Assembly: GCA_002281755.1 (NCBI GenBank) | Contig: NCHB01000010.1 | Location: 6,644 to 70,643 of the forward strand | DNA length: 64,000 bases | Source of the DNA: Sulfurovum sp. 16-42-52 | GTDB lineage: Bacteria; Campylobacterota; Campylobacteria; Campylobacterales; Sulfurovaceae | Reading direction: 5' to 3' | In this document: positions 27,325 through 36,955 of the stretch, piece after piece | Position numbering within the stretch: position 1 is the stretch's first letter | Layout of the letters: each line of letters starts with the position of its first letter | Notes under the pieces: model-generated | What the model saw: only the letters and a program-made list of their open reading frames with translations | What the model was told of the DNA's origin: nothing | Databases searched by the model: none | Position numbers and translations under genes: made by a program

Positions 27325-28245
27325 TTAAAGAGTAAAATCTTCTTTTTTGAAGTGATGCAGTTTTTTCATGATGGTCTCGAGTGTCTCTTTTTGATACTCA
27401 TAGAGTTTGTATAGCAGCACATCATCAAGATAGGGTTGCAGGAGTTGTTCTTGGGTGATGCTGTCATTGTAATCACCCAGTAGGGCTTGGAGCATTTTGC
27501 CATTTTTGATGACAGTTTCAACCTCTTTTTTACCGAGTATCACTTGGAACTCTTCAAGAAGATAGCGAAATCTTTTAAGGGCGATACGAATCGTGTGCAG
27601 CTTCTCGATACTAAAGTTTTTTTCCAGCCGCGTGATTTTTTTGATGATTTTCTGATGGAGTTTTGTGACAACTTTTTTGATGAGCGCCTTGGTATGCATT
27701 GTGTTACAATTGGCATCTAGCAGCGTGTTGTGTATGAGTGCAGCGCGATAGTCAGTAAAAAACGCTTCAACTCTTTGACTTGTTAATAGATTTTGGATGT
27801 GGATGTGTTCTTCTTTTTGCTCTTGCATGATACGTGCAGATATGGTGTCATATTGACCATCTACTAAAGAGGCGAGCTGTGTTTGCATCACATCTAAGTC
27901 GCGCTTGTGATTGGTTTGTTTCGCCAATGCTCCAAGGGTGTCACTGATGGAGCCCAGTTGAAGGTCGTACTGTAAAAAGTCAAACTCTTTCAAAAAGGCT
28001 CTGGATTTGCGGATATTGACCCTAAACTGGTGCAAATCTTCTGCGTTGTCAAACAACACGATACGTTCTTTATAAAAATCAACCAATAGAAAAAATTTGT
28101 ACAGGATAACACGCAATACATCCGTCACTGCAAGATTAGGACTAAAGTAGTCATCTAGTTCTTCCCCATCTTTAGCACTAAGTTGCCGAAATAGGGCTTG
28201 GATATCATAGTCTTTGTTTTGTTCTTTTGTGTGTGTTTTTTGCAT
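27325..28245 (-). CDS. CHAD-domain protein
   Basis: EDLHQFRVNIRKSR, LHTIRIALKRFRYLLE, LQALLGDYND. Confidence 0.88.
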   Translation of the reverse strand: MQKTHTKEQNKDYDIQALFRQLSAKDGEELDDYFSPNLAVTDVLRVILYKFFLLVDFYKERIVLFDNAEDLHQFRVNIRKSRAFLKEFDFLQYDLQLGSISDTLGALAKQTNHKRDLDVMQTQLASLVDGQYDTISARIMQEQKEEHIHIQNLLTSQRVEAFFTDYRAALIHNTLLDANCNTMHTKALIKKVVTKLHQKIIKKITRLEKNFSIEKLHTIRIALKRFRYLLEEFQVILGKKEVETVIKNGKMLQALLGDYNDSITQEQLLQPYLDDVLLYKLYEYQKETLETIMKKLHHFKKEDFTL

Positions 28246-28359
28246 GATTAACCCTTTATTTTCGCTACAAAGCACTTGAGAAAATTATATCATTTTTAAT
28301 CATCAATGCTTTATGGTTAGTCTAAAATTAATGATTGTTCTGCTATGATTCTGCTCGAT

Positions 28360-28437
28360 CGGGGTGTAGCGCAGTCTGGCTAGCGCGCTATCTTGGGGTG
28401 ATAGAGGTCGCCTGTTCAAGTCAGGTCACTCCGACCA
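28360..28437 (+). tRNA. tRNA-Pro(GGG)
   Basis: Acceptor stem CGGGGTG/CACTCCG plus ACCA; anticodon arm CTATC-TTGGGGT-GATAG; T-loop TTCAAGT; TGcTATGAT promoter upstream. Confidence 0.96.
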
Positions 28438-28570
28438 GTTTTTAAGTCCTACAATGTATCTTCATAATCACTTTTTAATCATCGCAAAATTTTTTAAAAT
28501 GAAACACAATTGTTTAATTTCTGAACAATATCTTCTTATAAAGTCGTTCATTTCTGATTATAATTACCGC

Positions 28571-30187
28571 ATGGAAACGTTATTATTGGCAATTTTTGCT
28601 ACTATTTTTATTGCAACACTACTGAACATTATGCTTAAAAAGATAAATATTTCGCATATTGTCGGGTATATTTTTACGGGTACTATTATTAGCTATCTTT
28701 TTGATTTTAATACTTTGAAAATCGATTCGCTAGATTTGGTGGCAGAGTTTGGAATCGTTTTTTTGATGTTTAGCATCGGGTTAGAGCTGAGTTTCGAGAA
28801 GATTAAAAAGATGAAAGAGACTTTGCTGGTAAACGGGGCATTGCAGATGCTTTTGAGCATCCTGTTCTTTTTTCTTCTGGCTCGTTTTGCGTTTGAAGTT
28901 GATAGTATTGGTGCTATCGTGATTGCATTGGCATTTTCACTGTCTTCTACGGCAATCGTCTTGCCGTTTTTGAAAGAATCTAAAGATATCTACACTCCGT
29001 ATGGAAAAAAATCGGTTGGCATTTTGATATTTCAAGATTTGGCAGTGATACCGATTTTGCTGCTTATCACCTTTTTGTCTTACACTGAAACAGGTACGGA
29101 TGTCTCTATGAGTACCGTGATAGGCAAAACGGTGTTGGCACTTCTTTTTATTGTGTTGTTTATCCGTTTTATCGGCGATAAACTGGTCGATACCTTGTTA
29201 AAATTTGCAGCGAATACCCGGCTTGATGAGATATTTTTGGGGGCTATTTTTGCGATTGTTCTGGGTATGGCGGTTTTGATGCATGCGATTGGTTTTACCT
29301 ACTCTTTGGGGGCGTTTATCGCAGGGGTTTTGATTGCCGAGACCAAATACGCCATGAAAGTAGAGTCGGAGATATTGAGCTATAAAGATTTGCTTTTGAG
29401 CGTCTTTTTCTTCAGTGTGGGAACAAAGATCGATATGCTTTTTTTACTCTCCAATCTTCATACGGTTTTTTTAATCTTTGTAGTGGTTGCAGTAGTCAAA
29501 ATCACAGTGGTTTATGGCATCATCAAACAAAAGTCTGACACCAATACTTCCATGAAAACGGCTTTTGCTTTGGCACAAATAGGCGGTATTTCTTTTGTCG
29601 TCTTTGAATTGGCGACAACGAATCATCTCATTACTTCAGAGATGTCTAAGTATCTCTATTTGATTACTTTTTTCTCACTCATCGTTACGCCTTTTGTGTT
29701 AAATAATATCTATACCCTCTCTTCTTTTTTTGAAAAAGAGTTCTATGAATCTGATGTGATTACCCCGATCGATAAGAAAAATCACGTCATTATTGTGGGA
29801 TTTGGTACGCTAGGAAGAGCTGTTGCCAAAGAACTTCATGCAAAAAGGATTGATTTTATTATCATCTCGGACAATCTACAGCATGTTCTTTTGGCTCGAA
29901 GGATTAATTTTCTTGCCTATTTCGGACACCTCAACAAACGCCCCGTTATGGAATCGCTTAAAGCCGAAGAGAGTTCAAGTATCGTGATAACCGTACAAAG
30001 CGAAGAGACCAAAGTGCGCATCTCTGAAGCGCTTACGGCATACAGCAAGGAGGTGCATATTATTGTTAAAGTTGATACGGATGAAGAACGGGAGTATTTT
30101 GAGAAAGAAGAGGGCATTGAGTTTATTGATTCTAATGATGAATTGTCATCACGCCTGGTCGAGCTTTCGCTCAAGCATCTGAGATAA
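28571..30187 (+). CDS. CPA2 cation:proton antiporter (KefB/KefC-like) with TrkA-N domain
   Basis: AEFGIVFLMFSIGLE, GILIFQDLA, LGAFIAG, IIVGFGTLG; start moved to 28571. Confidence 0.9.
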   Translation: METLLLAIFATIFIATLLNIMLKKINISHIVGYIFTGTIISYLFDFNTLKIDSLDLVAEFGIVFLMFSIGLELSFEKIKKMKETLLVNGALQMLLSILFFFLLARFAFEVDSIGAIVIALAFSLSSTAIVLPFLKESKDIYTPYGKKSVGILIFQDLAVIPILLLITFLSYTETGTDVSMSTVIGKTVLALLFIVLFIRFIGDKLVDTLLKFAANTRLDEIFLGAIFAIVLGMAVLMHAIGFTYSLGAFIAGVLIAETKYAMKVESEILSYKDLLLSVFFFSVGTKIDMLFLLSNLHTVFLIFVVVAVVKITVVYGIIKQKSDTNTSMKTAFALAQIGGISFVVFELATTNHLITSEMSKYLYLITFFSLIVTPFVLNNIYTLSSFFEKEFYESDVITPIDKKNHVIIVGFGTLGRAVAKELHAKRIDFIIISDNLQHVLLARRINFLAYFGHLNKRPVMESLKAEESSSIVITVQSEETKVRISEALTAYSKEVHIIVKVDTDEEREYFEKEEGIEFIDSNDELSSRLVELSLKHLR

Positions 30188-30374
30188 TGAGGTTTAACAG
30201 ACAGACATAATTCCCCAAGTGATTAAATATCAATCACTCTCTTGAAACTATTTTGTAACCATTAGGATATTATTTTGTAATATAATTAACAATAAGATGG
30301 TGTATCATTGAAAATGTAGCTGTTTTGGGTAGTGGAAGTAAGTGTTAATGAAATTAAAATCCATAGGAGGATAA

Positions 30375-32882
30375 ATGAAAGCTGTTGTTATGGCAGGTGG
30401 TTTTGGAACTAGAATCCAACCCCTTACTAACTCAAGACCAAAACCAATGTTGCCCGTTGTCAATAAACCGATGATGGAGCATACGATGATGATGCTTAAA
30501 GCGGTGGGGATAAGTGAATTTATTGTGTTGCTTTACTTCAAGCCTGAAATTATCAAAGCTTATTTTGGTGACGGCAGTGATTTGGGTATCAAGATCACCT
30601 ATGTGGTTCCCGATGATGATTATGGTACAGCTGGTGCCGTGAAATTGGCGCAGGAGTATATCGGTGATGAAAATTTTATCATCATCAGCGGAGACCTTGT
30701 GACAGATTTTGATTTTCAGAAAATATTTGACTTTCATGCCCAAAAAGAGTCTAAACTCACGATAACGCTCACTTCGGTCGATAATCCTTTGGAGTTTGGT
30801 GTGGTCATAGCCAACGAAGAAGGAAAGATAGAAAAATTTTTGGAAAAGCCAAGCTGGGGGGAAGTGTTCAGTGACACCATCAACACGGGTATCTATATCC
30901 TCGAACCTGAGATTTTGGAGTATATCCCTAAAAATGAGAACTATGACTTCGGCAAAGACCTTTTCCCAAAACTGATGTCTGAAGGTGTAGGGCTGATGGC
31001 GGGATATGCGCAAGGGTATTGGCGTGATGTGGGCAATCCTGAGAGTTACCGTGATGTGTATGATGATATCCTAACGGGTAAAGTGAAGTTCAACTATGAG
31101 GGTGAAGCGACGCACTATCCTGATGGAGTGGTTTATGCTGAGGAGTCTTATGATTTTGATAAAAGTGTGGAGTTTGTCGGTACGGTAGTATTGGGTAAAA
31201 ATGTCACGCTAAAGAAGGGCGTAAAACTCAACAATGTCGTCATCGGCGATAATGTCACTATCGGAAAAGAGAGCAAGATCCGTAATACCGTGATATGGAA
31301 TGATGTAGAGATACACGCAAAAGCCAAGCTGGATAATTGTGTCATCTGCAATGATAACATCATCGGAAAGAATGTCACTGCAAAAGCAGGGATGATACTG
31401 GCTGAAGGGTGTGAGATCGGTCAGCTGGTTACCATTGAGCAGGATGTGACAATCTGGCCTGACAAAGTGATTGAAGTGGCTTCTATCGTGAGCCATAGTT
31501 TGATTTTAGGCAGCAAATACAAAAATTCGATCTTTGAAAACGGGATGGTGGTCGGTCAGTCCAATGTAGAGCTCTCCTGTGAGATGGCAACCAAACTGGC
31601 TGAAGCTTTTGGTGCCCAGCTTCCTATCGGTTCAATCGTGTTGGTCTCAAGGGACACCCACAAGAGTTCACGGATGCTCAAGCGTGCTTTTCTAGGCGGA
31701 TTGCTCTCTGCAGGGGTCAATGTGATTGACTATCGTGACATTCCCTCATCTGTATTGCGTTGCAGTCTCTCAGCAAACGATCAGTACATCGCAGGGATAC
31801 ATTTTCGCCAAAAAATTGATGATCCTACCAGTACGGTCATCACTTTTTACAATGAGGAAGCACTGCGCATCAACAATGAGGTGGCAAAAAAGGTAGAAAA
31901 GGCATTTTTTAAAGAGACATTCAGACGGGTGGACTATTCCAACATCGGTCAGATTGAAGAATCTGACCACGTCAAAGAGTATCACGGATACAAAGAAGGG
32001 ATGAAGTCTTTACTGAAATCCCACTCTTTTGCCACACTTGAACACCGTGTAGCGGTAGATATGATGCACGGTATGGCATCAGAAGTGTTCCCTGATATCC
32101 TCAATGATATGGGGGTAGAAAACATCATGTTCAATGCCCACCCTGATGAACACCGCCTTGCCAATATCAATGCCCTAGTTAAGCAGTCCAGACAGGATAT
32201 GAGCGCGGTGATTAAAGCACTGAAGCTTGACGGAGGTTTTATGCTCTACCCTTACGGTCAGCGTTTGGATATCGTCTGTGATCAGGGAACGGTGCTGGGT
32301 AAACAGTCTTCTTTGTATGTGGTGTTGTCACTTCTCAATATGGAAGCCAAGCAGCAAGGGGTGAAAAAAAGTGTCTTTTTGCCCACTTGGGCAGCCGATA
32401 TTGTCTATTTTGAAAACCTTGAGATAGAACGGGGTAAATATGTGAACTTTAAAGCGCAGAAGATGAAAGAGTATGATCTTGTGGCTACGGGTGAAGGTAA
32501 TTTTGCCTTTACGGAGTTTGCAACGCACCGTGATTCGATGTATGCGACTTTGAAAATCCTTGAGATGCTCTCAAACCACAAAATGACGCTTTCTCAAATT
32601 ATTACTTCTTTTCCGAAGTTTTACTACAAGACGACAAAAGTAGTCTGTACGCAGGCACTCAAAGGCAAAATGATGCGCAAGTTCCTTGAAGATGCCAAAG
32701 GCAAAGAGTCATCTACACTCGATGGTGTCAAGATATGGTTAGATACCCATGACTGGATTTTGATGATCCCCAATCAGTACAGCGATCATCTCAATCTCTA
32801 CATCCAGGCAGAAAATGAGGGTAAAGGCGAAGCCATCTTGGCGCAATACAGTGCCAAAATCGAAGAATGGTCTAAAGAATAA
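30375..32882 (+). CDS. Sugar-1-phosphate nucleotidyltransferase + hexapeptide repeats + degenerate PGM/PMM fusion (usually annotated mannose-1-P guanylyltransferase)
   Basis: MAGGFGTRIQPLT, KPMLP, FLEKP, YWRDVG; LbH repeats; C-terminal phosphohexomutase fold. Confidence 0.85.
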   Translation: MKAVVMAGGFGTRIQPLTNSRPKPMLPVVNKPMMEHTMMMLKAVGISEFIVLLYFKPEIIKAYFGDGSDLGIKITYVVPDDDYGTAGAVKLAQEYIGDENFIIISGDLVTDFDFQKIFDFHAQKESKLTITLTSVDNPLEFGVVIANEEGKIEKFLEKPSWGEVFSDTINTGIYILEPEILEYIPKNENYDFGKDLFPKLMSEGVGLMAGYAQGYWRDVGNPESYRDVYDDILTGKVKFNYEGEATHYPDGVVYAEESYDFDKSVEFVGTVVLGKNVTLKKGVKLNNVVIGDNVTIGKESKIRNTVIWNDVEIHAKAKLDNCVICNDNIIGKNVTAKAGMILAEGCEIGQLVTIEQDVTIWPDKVIEVASIVSHSLILGSKYKNSIFENGMVVGQSNVELSCEMATKLAEAFGAQLPIGSIVLVSRDTHKSSRMLKRAFLGGLLSAGVNVIDYRDIPSSVLRCSLSANDQYIAGIHFRQKIDDPTSTVITFYNEEALRINNEVAKKVEKAFFKETFRRVDYSNIGQIEESDHVKEYHGYKEGMKSLLKSHSFATLEHRVAVDMMHGMASEVFPDILNDMGVENIMFNAHPDEHRLANINALVKQSRQDMSAVIKALKLDGGFMLYPYGQRLDIVCDQGTVLGKQSSLYVVLSLLNMEAKQQGVKKSVFLPTWAADIVYFENLEIERGKYVNFKAQKMKEYDLVATGEGNFAFTEFATHRDSMYATLKILEMLSNHKMTLSQIITSFPKFYYKTTKVVCTQALKGKMMRKFLEDAKGKESSTLDGVKIWLDTHDWILMIPNQYSDHLNLYIQAENEGKGEAILAQYSAKIEEWSKE

Positions 32883-32884
32883 GT

Positions 32885-34873
32885 ATGAAGCCTTCACTCA
32901 ATCTCTGTTTTTTCTGGCATATGCATCAGCCTGATTATCGTAACAGAGAGGGGGTGATGAGTATGCCGTGGGTATTTTTGCATGCGATTAAAGATTATTA
33001 TGAAATGCCTTGGCTGTTGAGCCGTCACAAAGGACTCAAAGCGACATTCAACATTACCGCTCCTTTGATAGAACAACTCAACCTCTATAGAGATCCTCTC
33101 AAAAATGACTATTTTCTTTCATTGTGGGCAAAAGAACCCTCTTTATTGTCGCAAGAAGAGCGGATATGGCTGATTAAAACCTGTAAATCAACCCAGTATC
33201 ATCAAGAAATTCTTAGCGATGCAGAACTGATAGACTTTGAAGTGCTTTTTATGCTGGCGTGGTGCGGTAACTATCTGCGTCAAAACCATACACTGGTAAA
33301 AACCCTGTTTCAAAAAGAAAAAGGGTTTACTTGGAGCGATAAAGCACAGCTGCTTCAAGCTTTATGTGATTTTATAGAGACCATCTTGCCTTTTTATGCC
33401 CGTTTGCAAGAAGAAGGGGTGGTTTCTGTCTCCACTACACCTTACAACCACCCCATCTTACCCCTGTTACTGGACAGTTTTAATGCAAAACGCGCCAACG
33501 AACACACAACACTGCCCGATAATCCGCTCTCTTTAAGAGAAGATGCCATTGAACAGGTCGAACGCTCAATAACACTCTACAAAAAGACTTTCGGGAAAGC
33601 TCCAACGGGGTTCTGGCCAGCTGAGGGTGCGGTGGATGAAGAGAGTGTAGAAATCTATAAAGAACGAGGCATAGGCTGGATAGCCACGGATGAGGCGATA
33701 CTGTTTCGTTCACTGGATGATGATACACGAGCCAATCTGTACAAACCCTATGTCTTTAACGGTATGACAATTAGTTTTAGGGATCACGGGCTTTCTGATT
33801 TGATAGGGTTTAATTATCGTTTTAAAACAGGACAGGATGCCAGTGCACATTTTATGCAAGTGGTGGAGCCTATAGCACATTCGCAAGAGAATGCCACCCT
33901 TTTTGTCATACTCGATGGTGAAAATGCTTGGGAGTTTTTTGAAAACAATGCCTATGATTTTTTTACTGCATTGTATGAACTTATCTCGGTCACTGATTGG
34001 TGCACAACAGTCACGATGGATGAAGTCTCACGCATGAAACATAAAGGCTATTTGGAACAACTCAGTGCCGGAAGCTGGATACATGGAAACTTTGATACAT
34101 GGTCGGGACATAGCGAAAAAAACCGTGCGTGGGAACTGATCTATCAGACCAAGCGTGATGTGGAAAATTATGACGGGCTTGTATCACAGGAAGTAGCTGA
34201 AGAAATCAGGTTTCATTTTCTAGCCTCTGAGTGCAGCGACTGGTTTTGGTGGTATGGCGATGATCATGTCACAGAGTTTGGGCTAGAGTTTGACACGCTG
34301 TTTAGAGAGCATCTTATCGCTATTTATCATCTGCTTCATATGCAGCCGCCATCAGACCTTTTTATCCCGATTATGGCGCATAAGAGTGCTGTATCCTTTT
34401 TGCTGAAACCTCAAGCACCTATATCACCATTGATAGATGGCAAAAACAGTTCTTTTTTTGAATGGCTGGGAGCAGGAAGCGTGGATGAAAGTAAACTCTA
34501 CTCGACCATGGACAGGGTACGCGGTCCTGTGGAGAAGATCTATTACGGGCATAACGACGTGACACTTTTTTTGGCTTTTGAAGGGCAGATAGCCGCACTT
34601 GAGAAGCAAGGGCAGTATCTTGAGATCATCATAGAACAGACAGGGGAACATCTTCGTTTTTCCATGGACAAGCCTTATGAAGACAAGGATACGACATTCA
34701 TCATAGGCGAGCGTATGGAATTGGCACTCTCAAGAAGACATTTCAAAGAACACAGCTCAGTGCATTTGCGTTTTGAGATAGTACGGGGTAATGAGATCGT
34801 CCAAACCATGCCAGGGTATGGCGCACTCCATGTGGATATGGACGAAAGTTATGCCAACAATTGGTTTGTTTAA
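32885..34873 (+). CDS. GH57 glycoside hydrolase (amylopullulanase-like)
   Basis: WHMHQP, HPILPLL, GFWPAEGAV, ILDGENAWE, ECSDWFWW. Confidence 0.9.
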   Translation: MKPSLNLCFFWHMHQPDYRNREGVMSMPWVFLHAIKDYYEMPWLLSRHKGLKATFNITAPLIEQLNLYRDPLKNDYFLSLWAKEPSLLSQEERIWLIKTCKSTQYHQEILSDAELIDFEVLFMLAWCGNYLRQNHTLVKTLFQKEKGFTWSDKAQLLQALCDFIETILPFYARLQEEGVVSVSTTPYNHPILPLLLDSFNAKRANEHTTLPDNPLSLREDAIEQVERSITLYKKTFGKAPTGFWPAEGAVDEESVEIYKERGIGWIATDEAILFRSLDDDTRANLYKPYVFNGMTISFRDHGLSDLIGFNYRFKTGQDASAHFMQVVEPIAHSQENATLFVILDGENAWEFFENNAYDFFTALYELISVTDWCTTVTMDEVSRMKHKGYLEQLSAGSWIHGNFDTWSGHSEKNRAWELIYQTKRDVENYDGLVSQEVAEEIRFHFLASECSDWFWWYGDDHVTEFGLEFDTLFREHLIAIYHLLHMQPPSDLFIPIMAHKSAVSFLLKPQAPISPLIDGKNSSFFEWLGAGSVDESKLYSTMDRVRGPVEKIYYGHNDVTLFLAFEGQIAALEKQGQYLEIIIEQTGEHLRFSMDKPYEDKDTTFIIGERMELALSRRHFKEHSSVHLRFEIVRGNEIVQTMPGYGALHVDMDESYANNWFV

Positions 34874-34906
34874 ACACGTACACACAAGAGAAAGGATAAC
34901 ACGCAG

Positions 34907-36955
34907 ATGAAGGCTACAACAAAATTACTCTTTGGGATACATATGCACCAGCCTGTAGATAACTTTGACTGGGTGATACAACAGGGCGTTGAGGTATGTT
35001 ACGGACCATTTTTTGAAGTGATGAGCCGGTATCCGGAGTTTCGATTTTCGGTGCACTGCAGCGGTTGGCTGATGGAGCAGATACAAAAACACCATCATAA
35101 ACTCTATAAACAGATACACACTTTGGCAAAACAAGGCAGTATAGAGTTTTTCTCTGCAGGCTATTATGAGCCGATACTGAGTGTCATCCCTTCACAAGAC
35201 CGAGTTGAGCAGATAGAGTTGCTAAACGAGAGCATCGCTTCAGATTTTCATCAAAAACCCAAAGGCTTGTGGCTAACCGAGCGCGTTTGGGAGTCCTCGC
35301 TGATACCTGATCTTCATAAGGCAGGCATCAAGTACACGGTTATGGATGATTATCATTTTCAGTGTGCAGGATTTGATGAGGCGATTTTGGACGGGTATTT
35401 TATGACTGAGGAGGGCGGCAAAACGCTTGGGCTTTTTCCTATCAGTAAAAAACTGCGTTATGCCATCCCTTTTTTAAAGGTAGAGGCAGCGATTAAGGCG
35501 ATCAAATCCTTTGATGCAAAAGAGAGTTCTGCAGCGATTATCTTTGATGACGCTGAGAAGTTCGGGATGTGGCCAGGAACGTATGAATGGGTTTATGCAA
35601 AAGGCTGGCTTGAGCGTTTTGTACAGGCCGTCCTTGCTGATGAATCCATAGAAACGATGCATTACGGAGCGTATTTTGAGCAGGAGCGTACCCGTGGCAT
35701 CGCCTACCTTCCTAATGTCTCTTATGCCGAGATGGGTGAATGGAGTCTGAGAGCAGACGACACACTAAAACTTGAAGCACTCAAAAAAGAGATGGGGCAC
35801 GAACGCTATGAGCGTGAGGGTGTCAAATTTTTAAAAGGTGGCATCTGGAAAAACTTTTTGGTCAAATACGAAGAGAGTAACCGTATCCATAAGCGCACTC
35901 TGGAGCTTTCAAAAGTGCGAGAACATGTCGATAAACCTAAGTTTGATACAGCCCTCTACAAAGCACAAACCAATGACGCACTCTGGCATGGGGTTTTTGG
36001 GGGACTCTACCTGCCCAACTTGCGTGACAATGCTTACACCTACATCATCGAAGCAGAAAACATCCGTTACGGCCGCAAAAACCGCATCGAGTCTGACCAC
36101 AATGAGCTTGATGGGTATGAGAAGATTAAGATGGTGATTCCAAAATATATTTTCCGTTTTGATGGCGCACAGGGTGGACAACTGGTGGAGTTTGATAACC
36201 GAAAAGCCTTGTTTAACTGGCAAAATACCTTAACAAGACGCAAAGAAGCGTATCATCAGCGACTCCTTGAAGAGACACCCCAGAGTGATGAAGAGAATCT
36301 ACCAAAAGAAGAGGGCATCGATACGATTCACCATGCGATGGTTGAAGTGGATGAAAAGTTGCGCAATGCGATTATCTATGACTGGTATCTTAAAAACTCT
36401 TTTGTAGACCACATCAGTGATGCGCGTTTTAATGCGGACAATTTTTATCACTGCAATTTTGCGGAATATGGTGATTTTGCCAATCAGCCTTTTGAAGTGA
36501 CTCAGGGTAAACAACAGGTGACCTTCGTGCGTAAGGGCGGGTTGTATGTGCCGCATAAGATACCTGCGCGACTGGAAAAAACCTACAGACCACAGTCAAA
36601 TGGATTTGATTTTGACATCACGCTTTCTACGCAATCAGAGGGGGATTTTAGCTATATTTTAGAGCACAATTTTCATTTTGCCGACTATGATACCGTCACA
36701 CTCAATGGTGAAACGCTAAGTGAAAAAGGCATCTTTGAAGGTGCATCCATGCTTGAAATCAGCGATGGACACCTTGGGCAGAAGATTTGTATCACTCTTG
36801 ATAAAGCCTGCGATATTTACTATTTTCAGCTCAAAACGCTCTCACAGAGCGAACACGGTTTTGATCTGAGTGTGCAGGGGATCAGCTTGGCTATGGTGCT
36901 GCCTTTTAGTGGTGCATTGAGCCTTAAAGGCTTTTTGGAGGTGGTGCATGTCTAG
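34907..36955 (+). CDS. GH57 4-alpha-glucanotransferase / alpha-amylase
   Basis: HMHQP, YYEPIL, WLTERVWE, FDDAEKFG, QTNDALWHGVFGGLY. Confidence 0.9.
   Translation: MKATTKLLFGIHMHQPVDNFDWVIQQGVEVCYGPFFEVMSRYPEFRFSVHCSGWLMEQIQKHHHKLYKQIHTLAKQGSIEFFSAGYYEPILSVIPSQDRVEQIELLNESIASDFHQKPKGLWLTERVWESSLIPDLHKAGIKYTVMDDYHFQCAGFDEAILDGYFMTEEGGKTLGLFPISKKLRYAIPFLKVEAAIKAIKSFDAKESSAAIIFDDAEKFGMWPGTYEWVYAKGWLERFVQAVLADESIETMHYGAYFEQERTRGIAYLPNVSYAEMGEWSLRADDTLKLEALKKEMGHERYEREGVKFLKGGIWKNFLVKYEESNRIHKRTLELSKVREHVDKPKFDTALYKAQTNDALWHGVFGGLYLPNLRDNAYTYIIEAENIRYGRKNRIESDHNELDGYEKIKMVIPKYIFRFDGAQGGQLVEFDNRKALFNWQNTLTRRKEAYHQRLLEETPQSDEENLPKEEGIDTIHHAMVEVDEKLRNAIIYDWYLKNSFVDHISDARFNADNFYHCNFAEYGDFANQPFEVTQGKQQVTFVRKGGLYVPHKIPARLEKTYRPQSNGFDFDITLSTQSEGDFSYILEHNFHFADYDTVTLNGETLSEKGIFEGASMLEISDGHLGQKICITLDKACDIYYFQLKTLSQSEHGFDLSVQGISLAMVLPFSGALSLKGFLEVVHV

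Noticed and set aside
25284-28437. tRNA-Pro with nearby relBE as a possible genomic island
   Set aside because: No integrase, no duplicated tRNA 3' end and no clear compositional break were seen.
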